64,000 nt of DNA from Lepidodermella squamata. Lineage: Eukaryota; Animalia; Gastrotricha. Shown here piece by piece: positions 21,881-31,870 of the stretch; within the stretch, counting starts at the first letter, position 1, and every line of letters starts with the position of its first letter. The translations under genes and the position numbers were made by a program. The stretch lies in contig JBLDXI010000023.1 in assembly GCA_047495785.1 (NCBI GenBank), forward strand, positions 744,001 to 808,000, read 5' to 3'. Below the pieces are notes generated by a model. It saw only the letters and a program-made list of their open reading frames with translations. It ran no database searches and was not told the origin of the DNA.

Positions 21881-24148
21881 TCACTCAAGCCGTGAAACTC
21901 GCCGTTTTCTCGACCAGGTTCTCCAAATGCGGACCGAAAAGGGCAAAATCCAAGTTGAAGAGATAGCAGACGAAATTGCAATCAAGCTCAAAGAAGCAGC
22001 GGTTCTTTGCTTCAATTGATTGTGAGCTGTTAGGAGAGCGATCAGAATCGAACTTGGGTACATCGTAGCCCCAAAAGCAGCACCGAAGCACATTAGCCAG
22101 AACTCCCTAGTTCTTCTTAGCCCACTGATTTGCTTGAGTTGATAGCAGAACATCAGCGATGCAAAGACGCAGGCCCCTTGTAGGGCGGCTGTAGTCGAAA
22201 GAAGCCCCCAACTCACCGCTGATAAGGACGAGCAATGCACCGCGTAATTTTCAATTTCAGCATCTAGCTGTTCATTGTAGATTGGCTCACCAGTGGTCAA
22301 ACGATTGAAGCATTTGATGTCTTGAGTAGCTAACCAAGCTACAGCTAACACACAGCATCCGCTGCTGTAGTAAGTAACTGCAGCGAAAAGGTGTCGATCT
22401 ACATGTAGCCAGCAGTCAGGGAAGAATGTAATTCGATCCTTGACAAGACGATTTCCCACGAATATGATGCCAACAGAGCACCTTTTCTTAGCTTGGATTG
22501 CGCGCATTAGAATTAAAGGACGCGCACTCACAACTGAAAGCACGATTGGTCCGCCCACTAAGAGCAGAAATATTGAGACGAGTGAGATTGATGAAGATCC
22601 TGGAACTAGCTCGATCGAAAAAGCTCCAGAAGACGAATTGAGAATCAAACATCCGAATAAGCCTAACGTTTTCGACAGGGGGAATTTCTTCGCGCTTTTC
22701 CGCAGTCCCACGTGTAAAAATGCGAACGAAATCTGAATGATTGACATAATCGTGATAAGGACCCAGGTTGTCACAAAAATCTGATTGGTAATATGCTGAA
22801 CTTGAACTATGATTGTTGGCTTGTCATTGGGCGGATGGCCAGAAATCCAGTCAATCTCCCTAGCCATTTGAATCTCAAAATTGTTAACATCATAAGTGTT
22901 AGAGGAGTTCCTCGTCGCTTTGGACCTCAACAGACCGGCATATATCAGGCCTAAACTTGGTCGGTAGATCAAGACGCTTAACAAATCGCCTTGAAACACG
23001 CCAGATGCACTATAAGACTTCTCGCCATACCTTAGACCGGAATACCTCAAATTAAGCACGGATTCATTAGCTATTCTGGCGATGAGTTGCGAGTTGTTTG
23101 GGTAATCTCGGAGGCTCAAGCCGTATTTTGACTTCAAACTAGATTCTGTCGAATTTAAAGCAAGGACTGCGGCTAAAACTGTATCGTGAACGATTGTAGG
23201 CGACGCGTATGTAACTAGAGTTCGATTAACGGCATTGTTGAGAAAATTATAGAACTGTAGATTCGAAATTCCTAACTCGCTGAATTGCGTGTAATTTTCC
23301 ATAATTGTCACCCCAAAGTAGAACGATTGCCGAAATTGAAGCAGAATGTCCGATGGAGAGCATGCGGTACTATGAAACGAAGCAGAAAATCCACCTTGTT
23401 GCGGCATGAAAACGTAACGGGGCCCCGATATTCCGGCTTTGTAGGCCTCGCAAAGGAATTTTAGGTAGGTCAAACCGTTCGAAACACTGACAAAAATGAT
23501 CCTGAGACCGCTTCGTTTGAAAGATTTGATGTCATCAGCGAAAACGTCGCTGGCTATGTTGAACCAAGGCACGGTAAATCCCGATGCCAAAGCTCGCTCC
23601 TGAAGGAAGAACCCCATTCCATAATCGTTGACATTGCCAGAATTTGCCCAGATGCCGAGCTGTGACCAACCGCCGATTTTACGCATGAAAAGCAGGATTG
23701 TCATAGCTGAGGCTTTATAGGTAGATACGGACAGATACAGATTCGGATTGGCGGATCTGTCTTCCAAAGCTGGAGCTGCGCAAGATTGACTGATAGCGAC
23801 CGTTGCGACAAAGTTCAAAAGTGGCCCGACGGCTTTGCAGCCCGACGAGAAAGCAGGTCCGATGATAATCGGAGATTGCAGGGTCGAGTTTGCGTTTTTG
23901 AATTCGAACAATCGGCGGACAGCTGCAATGCCCAACTCTTCGTCTGCTATTTCCAGCTCAAGGTGGTAATCATGTAAGATATCCGGCCGCAAATTGACTT
24001 GGTCGGCGACATATTTCGTGGACGAAGTGATCGCTTGGGCAGTCAATGGATCAACCTGACTCGTTGGAACCAAGTTGAGTAGCTTGAGTTTGTATTCTTT
24101 CATGCCAACGGCGATTCGAATCAAGAAGAATATGGCCATTCTGGACAT
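21881..24148 (-). CDS. Divergent intronless class C GPCR (Venus-flytrap + TM domain, GABA-B-like architecture), 755 aa
   Basis: Signal peptide; VNLRPDILHDYHLEL, IIIGPAFSSGC, LEDRSANPNLY, GWSQLGI, FLCEAYKAGISGPRYVF, W..GHPPND (ANF-receptor/VFT hallmarks). No cysteine-rich domain. About 7 hydrophobic segments and a short basic tail. Confidence 0.85.
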   Translation of the reverse strand: MSRMAIFFLIRIAVGMKEYKLKLLNLVPTSQVDPLTAQAITSSTKYVADQVNLRPDILHDYHLELEIADEELGIAAVRRLFEFKNANSTLQSPIIIGPAFSSGCKAVGPLLNFVATVAISQSCAAPALEDRSANPNLYLSVSTYKASAMTILLFMRKIGGWSQLGIWANSGNVNDYGMGFFLQERALASGFTVPWFNIASDVFADDIKSFKRSGLRIIFVSVSNGLTYLKFLCEAYKAGISGPRYVFMPQQGGFSASFHSTACSPSDILLQFRQSFYFGVTIMENYTQFSELGISNLQFYNFLNNAVNRTLVTYASPTIVHDTVLAAVLALNSTESSLKSKYGLSLRDYPNNSQLIARIANESVLNLRYSGLRYGEKSYSASGVFQGDLLSVLIYRPSLGLIYAGLLRSKATRNSSNTYDVNNFEIQMAREIDWISGHPPNDKPTIIVQVQHITNQIFVTTWVLITIMSIIQISFAFLHVGLRKSAKKFPLSKTLGLFGCLILNSSSGAFSIELVPGSSSISLVSIFLLLVGGPIVLSVVSARPLILMRAIQAKKRCSVGIIFVGNRLVKDRITFFPDCWLHVDRHLFAAVTYYSSGCCVLAVAWLATQDIKCFNRLTTGEPIYNEQLDAEIENYAVHCSSLSAVSWGLLSTTAALQGACVFASLMFCYQLKQISGLRRTREFWLMCFGAAFGATMYPSSILIALLTAHNQLKQRTAASLSLIAISSAISSTWILPFSVRIWRTWSRKRRVSRLE

Positions 24149-25479
24149 TTTTTAAACTTTGAACTGATAAGTTTTGAACTTTGTGAAGTTTCTTCTCGTA
24201 GGCGGCTTGCTGTTTGTGTTTCGTTGGAATTCAAGATAATTAATGCCTAAAACTGTCACAACCCAAGGCATAATTAGCAGAAAAGCACTCAGACAGTCAT
24301 GCCCACCTCTTTTTAGCGGGATTAGTACAGCGGTCTCTTTACGCATTGATGATGATCATGATATCATGAGATTTGAGATTAAAAATTAGTATGACCCACT
24401 CTCACCAATAAGTGTGACGACTGCGTACGCCTTTTCAGTCTAATGCGCTAGGTCATTTTTCCTTTTCTTGGAAATAATTGGAAATAAATATTCTTGGAAA
24501 TAAAACTGGGCCTCTTATTTTGATTCTCTATGAAATCAAATCTTCGATAGATAAAGTCTATCTTCTATTACGATCAAAATCGGCCACTTTTTTCGCATAG
24601 AGCACCAACAATTAAGGGACATTAGCTATTTATATTTATTATTTATTTTTTTAGGAGTTACGAGCCATTCTTCCATAGTGAGTTAGAAAGCTCAGCTGGA
24701 AAAAGGGACTTAGTGAATCGCGAAACTATACAACTATATAAACAGGCTACATTCACATCACCTTTTTCAGGGTTTTTTAAGGGGTTTACAGGTTTACAAA
24801 GTAAACAACAAAACAGTGAAGTGTAAAACACCAAAATGTTAGATTGCCCCTAAATGAGGAGTTGACGGGATAGTCACTGGTAATTTTGAAGCTTTGTTAG
24901 ACCATTTCCAGAGCTGAAATTTGGAGAAAATCGAGGAAGACAATTTTTCAAAATTGCAGGGTCTCGAGAGTCGCAGAACGTAATAATTTAATACAATGCC
25001 GTCTAGTTCCTCAGCATTCGTCTCGAGTGTAATACAGACATAAATCCGAATTCTATCAGCTATTAGGCTCTGGTAATTAGCAAAACAAAACAATAAAAGA
25101 TAAAGGCTCTTTAGATATAGAAATCGCTTATATTTATTTTAGATATTTTCTATTTTCGGTGAAAGTCCAGTCTCCGAGCTCTGATTACAGTTAAAGAGAC
25201 GCGAGATGGGCGAATGAAGCGAAATGCAGTGCTCCGAGTACGGGGGGGTAAGGGGGGTATTATTGTCGAATTTTCCCAAGTTTTCTCGATGTATTAGCAG
25301 CAGGGATATTAACATCGGCCACAATTTTGTAAATAAATCAGGATTTGCTTACAGTTCTACATATATAGGAAATTATCACGCAGAAAATCGCACGACAGAT
25401 TTTGAGTCAAATTTCTTTCTTTCGGCAGCAGCTCCATCGCTTCGCCGCATCGCACTTTTGATACTCTTGTCCATAGTTG

Positions 25480-26830
25480 TCAAATTCAAGTCACTGCCTT
25501 GCGAGGGTACCTGGAATGTGATGAAATCGCTGGTACTTGCAACGCCTGAAATGCCAGAGTACCTCCGCGCAGTGAGTGAGCTGCTTCTGAAAATTCAAAT
25601 TAGCAAGAATTTAATGTCAATAAATGTCAGGGAAACATCAAGACTTGGCCAGGCACTACTCTATACTTTATTGTGAATGAATCGAACATTGAGCATCTGT
25701 CATTCATGACCTTAAATATCATATAGAAATAACTACAGCGAACATGGCATTGCCTAATTGATGACCACATGACACGTGATTATTATCACAAGCTAGTTGG
25801 TTCGATGGCACGATGCCAGCCGGCAGATCCTTACAATAAATCGGAAAAGCTACAAGGCACCTCTACAACGCTACTCGCAATTCTCAGGCAGTATCGAACC
25901 TCGACGAATCCTATCACTGAGGTGGCTTTCATACCTAAGACTGGCTGCTAGAAGCCGCGACTCTTCGATTAGAGCTTCGTCCAATTTCGAGGATCGCTTT
26001 TGACATCTCCAATACAGAAAACCTTGCAAAAAGACCACCGTTCCGAGGAAAATAACGCCGCCGTATAAACAAGCCCAGGTGCAGTAGATTTCCGTGACTG
26101 GGTCAATCTCGACTGGGGCAGTCGAATTCACTGGGCGTTTCTTGCGTTTCCTGAATTCGCCTGTTAAACTGTCGTTCAGATTTTGTAAATTGACCAAGCG
26201 GCTCAAACATTTGTACATCAAAAACAAGAAAGTGATTATAAAGAAGCATGCTACAGGGACCCAAATCCTAGCCGGAGTTCTGAATTTCGCCGCGGGACAC
26301 TTGCCGCGGAAAAACTTAAGCATTTCAGGGCTATTTCCTTGCTACGTATATCGCCTTTCTGGAGGCACCAAATTAACACGAAGAGTTGATTGGAATCTCG
26401 GAACAGCTGTCCATCGCACTTCCGGTGATAAGAAACCGTAATTTCTCTTTGCGGAAATTGTGATATTACTCAGGCGATCCGATAGGATCGGAAATAAGTG
26501 CGGAGAAAGTTCATATGGCAACTACTGATTTTTGCTGCAGATTATTTTCATGGATAAGTATATCATACTGGTCGCTTTTACAAAAAAAAAGAATGTCTTC
26601 AAATGGAAAGAGTGCCTTTAATTAACACTATGAAAATCACGTGGATGAATAATGATAGTATCCCGTGAACTACGCCGGTTCGAATGGGCTGGAACTATAA
26701 TACCTATCTAAGATGAGAAAAACATGGGGTCCTCAAATCATATTGATAATATCGAAAACAAATGATGCCTCGAAATTTTATAGATTATTGATTAGAGGTG
26801 AACAAATTGCATAGAAGCGTTATTACTCAT
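25480..26830. repeat. Segmental duplicate of 16245-16551 plus 20603-21205
   Basis: Shared blocks such as AAATCGCTGGTACTTGC, TTCGATGGCACGATGCCAGCCGGCAGATCC and AGATGAGAAAAACATGGG. Confidence 0.85.
25871..26323 (-). CDS. Orphan small protein with two hydrophobic segments (copy B, 150 aa)
   Basis: IWVPVACFFIITFLFLMY and ACLYGGVIFLGTVVFLQGFLYW flank a loop containing RKRKKR. Reading frame conserved with copy A. Confidence 0.7.
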   Translation of the reverse strand: MLKFFRGKCPAAKFRTPARIWVPVACFFIITFLFLMYKCLSRLVNLQNLNDSLTGEFRKRKKRPVNSTAPVEIDPVTEIYCTWACLYGGVIFLGTVVFLQGFLYWRCQKRSSKLDEALIEESRLLAASLRYESHLSDRIRRGSILPENCE

Positions 26831-27155
26831 CGCCCACTTCAAGTGATGCCTCAACCAACCATCTCAAGAAATAATCGATTGCATGTTGTTGTCAGCTATG
26901 ATCTATTTCCTCTCGCTTAACTTGACCTTCGAAGCGGACCCACATATTGATGGTTGAACTGAAAGAAAAACAAGAAATCGGATATTGGCATCGAGCCCAG
27001 GCATAGACAAATATTCCAATATGCCTTGCTTTTAATCATAAATGTCCACAAAAACACATCAAATTCAAGGTAAAAGCAATATCCTGACTTGATTGGCAGC
27101 TAGATATAAGGTTATCCAATTGCACCGAAAGCCAATCGGGTTCTTTTTCATTTCA

Positions 27156-28476
27156 ATGTCTCCCCTGAAATCACTCTTTTATATGAATCTGCTGTGCGGA
27201 GTTTTAGCTATTGATAACTCCGGAGACTATGAGTACAATTTCAAGCCGACCCAGGCTATTCTAGACAACTGTCGCATCTCGCCAACAGTCAATTCGCCTA
27301 GCGAGCTAGACGGATACCCAACTGAACTGACAATCGCTCTTCAGCCGATGACATTTTTCCAAATCGATGATGTCGGCGAATCTTTCACCATGGATGCTAG
27401 TGTTATGCTGGCCTGGAACGTTTCTTGCGTCCGAAATCTCTATTACAACATCACAAGACGCAAGAGCGACGACTTTTACTGGCCTCCAAAGTTGAGGGGT
27501 CTAACAATGGAAGATCCAACTAACTATTGGCGGCCGCAGATTTTCTTGATGAACAGCATGATGAACAGTGGCATGGACGGCGAAGGGTTCAACAGCGTAC
27601 TTTCTATCGATGTGTCAATGGGAGGTTTCGCTGGGATTATTTATGGAACCTTCACGACTCATTGCTACTTGAAGATTGACAAATTTCCGTTTGATAGGTA
27701 AAATGAGCACTTCACGTGAGAATTCACTTACCCCACTGATTTTTGTTCCTAATTCCAGGCAAACTTGTGAACTGGAGTTCGTATTAAAACAGGACAGACG
27801 TTTCGCTAAATTTGCATCAGCTAAATACGTAGTGGTTCGAGAAAGCCAGCGGCAATTCATGCCTCAAAATGCTGGCTGGAAGCATCTGGTAGAATTGAAC
27901 AATGCCTCCTTCGTCACATCTGAGGCATTCTACAGCAAAGCCAATTTTCAGATGACATTCCAACGGCTACCCCACTTCTATATATTGAATTACTACGCTC
28001 CTAGTTTGATTCTCAGCCTTCTGGTTCTTTGTGCGTTTCTCATTCCTGGTGGAGCTCCAGACCGTCCTACTTACGCGTGCACTGTGATGCTATCGATTTT
28101 TGTCCTACAGGTGAGTTATATAACGTTAAAATGTTTTTAATTAAAATTCAACCCAGTTGAAGTTAAGTTAAATTACAATTCGATTCTTCATTTGCAGTCT
28201 AACGTTCAGGCTGCTTTGCCTCGGACACCGATACCGATAATTGCAGCGATTTACATGCTGTGCCAGACGCTTTTCGCAACTCTAATAGTTGTTTACTCTG
28301 GTGTTGTTTGCTGCTTTATCTCACTGTGGCCAACTGTAGCTAACCGCATGATCCGTTTGCGAGTGCTTCGCTTAAAGCGACCACTCTTCCGCGTAATCGA
28401 CTTTTGGTTCTTCATCGTTGCCGTAGCGATCCAAGTTATGATCAACGTCATTACGGCATCTCTTCTTGAAGTGTAG
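27156..28476 (+). CDS. Divergent Cys-loop ligand-gated ion channel subunit L1 (3 exons)
   Basis: Exons 27156-27697, 27759-28110, 28198-28476. YWRPQIFLMN, Cys-loop CYLKIDKFPFDR/QTC, FQRLPHFYILN, M2 PDRPTYACTVMLSIFVLQ, LPRTP, four TM segments. Confidence 0.92.
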
Positions 28477-28577
28477 TCTGTAGTTTGTTGGCAAAGCCAG
28501 TCCAGCAAAGCAGCCCCGAAACCAGCCACTTCGATCGATCTCGATGATCGATATTAAGCAAGTAGCTGGCCAGTAAA

Positions 28578-28600
28578 TAACCCTAACCCTAACCCTAACC
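28578..28600. repeat. Short interstitial (TAACCC)n telomere-type repeat
   Basis: TAACCCTAACCCTAACCCTAACC between the convergent 3' ends of L1 and SP-C. Confidence 0.6.
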
Positions 28601-28676
28601 TTTGTTTTCAATGTATACGTACCAGAAGTTATTCCGTTTACTGTATTTCGAATTTCTATTTCAATAAATGTAGCTG

Positions 28677-30965
28677 TTATAATACAATATTTTCATTAAT
28701 CCATCCGAGAAAGGAAGTTACTCGAGTGAATCCTGAATACAAGTACCCACAGCTGACAGCATAACTCGTGATCCCGCATAGTTTGTAGTATCCCCGATCA
28801 GAAGTCATCAGAGGACCGCCCGAATCCCCCTGACAAACACTGACGCCAGAATCTGGATAGCCTGTTAGAAGAATAAGGTTAGAATCTGTAGGAGTACATA
28901 TCCCGCTTCAGAATTACCTGCGCAAATCATCGAATCGACAAAAAAGCCAAATAGATTGTTGCAAGTAGTTGCAGTTTGAACTGGCAGTGCTGCGTATCGA
29001 AGAACGTCTGTTGTAGCTGAACCGGAGCTATATCTTCCCCAACCTTTGAAAGAAAGTTGACAAAACTGATTATACAGACTGAATCGGACTAACCAGCTGC
29101 TATTGCCATGGAGCCAACAGCGCAGTCATCTGAAGAAGAGGTCGGTAGGCAAAGCTTTTGAACATTCCAGCTTGTGAACGAAATCGCAGCTGAAGAAAAA
29201 ATATTTCAAATCTCAAAAATTGCTAAGCGTGCCTTGTTCTCACCTGGAAGTTTGATAAGAGCAATGTCATTAGCAAAGGATGATGAGTTGTACCCGGGAT
29301 GGGGCTTGATGTTTGCGGCCGGGGCGTCAATTGTGTACTCTCCAGTTTCAACTCTTGTCAAATTATGCTCGCCAATGTTTATTCGAACAAATCTTTATCG
29401 AATAAAACCGCTTTTTTGAAGCCTCATTGCGAAGTTTCAGAACTTACGATACGGCCACGGAGCCTACGACACAATGAGCAGCTGTGATTATGTAGCTGGA
29501 GGAAAATCGATGAAAAATTGAGTTTATCACATGGATTTAAGCATACCGATCACTGATTATCGACCCAGTACAGGATGAAGAGCCTCTGTTGACATATGTA
29601 GTCGTGAACCGTACTGCCCTATTTTTTGGTAAGTAATAACAAAATTGACGTGCTATCAGAGGCCTACCATGGAAATTGATTCGGCTGAGCATTGAATCCG
29701 CCAACGATTCCGACTCCAGGCAAATTTTGGTTGTAGTAGTAAGAGGAATGGCCACACGCACTGTTGACTGAAGTCGGAGCTGGCACAGGCCGGCTCACCT
29801 GGGATAATATGTTTTGAATCCACGGTAAAACACGGCAGACTCTAGTGCTAGAAAACACTTTCTAAGGCCCGAGGAAACTTTTGACAAACTTACTGTACAG
29901 AAAGATTAGATGCCAAATCTGTCGAGTTTTTCGTGTAGGAGAATGAGCCGCACAAATGGTACCGTCCAGTGTTGAAATTGACTAGCCCCGCACCCTGGTC
30001 GATACCAAAGGGGCCGAAGTTGAGATTGGGAACGCCAGCGCATTGTTTTTGATCAGTTATCCCCATTGTCCCACCGTATTGAAGAATGCATTGGACGGGG
30101 TCGGATATTTGAAGGCCAGCTTCAAGAAGGACCGGGGAAGAACCAGTCAACGAACCCCAGCCTGAGAATCCCAAACATTTCTGATTCCTGATCGTGATTT
30201 TTTTGCAAAATTCTCACCTGCAATACTGACGCTTGATCCAGCCTTGTAGCACGGATGGTCGCAGGAGCTTGGTAAACATATCTTTTTAACAGACCATGTT
30301 GTGAAATTGAGAGGGCTGGCCAATCGAATTAACGCAAAGTCGTAGTCGAGCGACGTTGGGCTGAAGAACGGATGCCAGTTGTAGTCCTCAGCTGCGATTG
30401 AAAATTCACCGGGCTCTTCGATTTGCGAATCGTTATCCGCAATATAAGCTCTAATGTTGGCTACTGATCGAACCCCCGCAAGGCTGTGCGATAAAAAAGA
30501 AAATGCTGAATATCCTTTCAAAATTAAGCGACATCTTACTATAAAGGATAAGCCGTTGTAAGCAGGTATCGTTCGCTTACAATCGTCGCACTGAAGTTCG
30601 AAATTCTGGTCGCTGATATTCGGATACTGATTCGAGCATTCCACGGGTACCTTGACGAAATGTTTTTGATGAAAGCTGAATTCATACCAAGTAAAATAGG
30701 AAAACTTATTAGGCTGCACTTGAACTCCGTTGGCTACATTTGAGCTGGTGTAGACTGAGTTATAGGTGTAAATATTAACGCCGCAAGCATCTAGGGCCTG
30801 TAATCGCTCGGCTTCTCTCTGAAGCGCCGCAGCTGGTCCATTGTTTACTTCAGCGGTGATGGCGATGGGCGAAGTAGACGGCTTGCAAGCTAAAGCGAAG
30901 ATCCGACTTGATGATTCGAGAACAATTATGTAGATGACAAGTCTTAAGTTGGTGGAAATCGACAT
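28677..30965 (-). CDS. Secreted tandem two-domain S1A protease SP-C (dead domain 1, intact domain 2), multi-exon
   Basis: Domain 1: VANG..YPW, LTTAYPL, DYDFALIRL, FGIDQGAGL. Linker RVCRVLPWIQ..CG. Domain 2: IVGG..FPW, TAAHC, NDIALI, LCLP, GWG, SVCQGDSGGPL, SFLGWINENIVL*. Confidence 0.9.
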
Positions 30966-31429
30966 TTTACGTGGATGTCAAACTTTCCTGGTTCATCTTT
31001 TCTGACCGCGTTTTAAGCATTGTAAAAAGTCACTACTCATGCATGGCTCGAATAAATTTCGTGGTAGAAAGCTGCGTTATGGGCAGCCAAATTAAAAAGC
31101 TTGCCGTGGCAGAGTTAGGTGTCGTAGAAACGCCCCGTGTTCGAATAATAGCTGCTTATGCGGAAAAAAACATCACCATTCTTAAAAACAAGTAGAATCC
31201 ATTACACCACGAAAACTATGAAGCAGGATGGCTGAAAAATTATGAAGAGCTGTTATTCCAGAATATGCAATTCTCGTAAAAGCTGCTGATAGCCAGAAAT
31301 CTTGCAGAACATATAAACAATTATTTTTAATTCTACGTTTGAGGGTTTGAACATTTGAAAAAATTCCGCAAACTTAGGTTTAATTTGGATATCCATTTAT
31401 TCAGGCTCAAGAAAAATCAATCGGCCGAA

Positions 31430-31596
31430 CAGGGTGCGATCTTGGATCCCGGAGCTGCCAGGGATGATCATCTCTTTCCTTCTTTTGCCAAACTTTTGAC
31501 TAAAAATTGACCAAACAGTGGGATAAATTCTCATTTTCTTGTCTGGCCCGGACGAGCTGGGGTGGGGATGACCCCCCGCCTGAAAGTCGCATACTG
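31430..31596. mobile_element. Short MITE (CAG(G/T)(G/A)TGCGA termini); second copy inverted at 48757-48967
   Basis: CAGGGTGCGATCTTGGATCCCGGA ... CCTGAAAGTCGCATACTG; TSD degenerate. Confidence 0.7.
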
Positions 31597-31870
31597 CAGG
31601 TGAAATTCAGGAAACAATTATTTTTAACAATTTGAGATCGAGTCCTAATTTCTATAAAAAATAATGGCCGGATATATTCGGCTAATTCCACGGCCCTATA
31701 TCGCTGCGAAGCTCATTTGAAGCTCGCTTAGAAGAATTTTGGCGCCACATGAAGAATAAAATTGGAAAATATTTGCCTTTATTCTGCGCTGAATTTCAAG
31801 TTCACTTATCCATTGGGAATCGATAAAATCAAGCTTGGAATAATTTCTTTGATTTCTAATATTCTGACAC

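Noticed and set aside
28578-28600. True telomere or chromosome fusion site
   Set aside because: Fewer than four units, in one orientation, inside a short intergenic gap.
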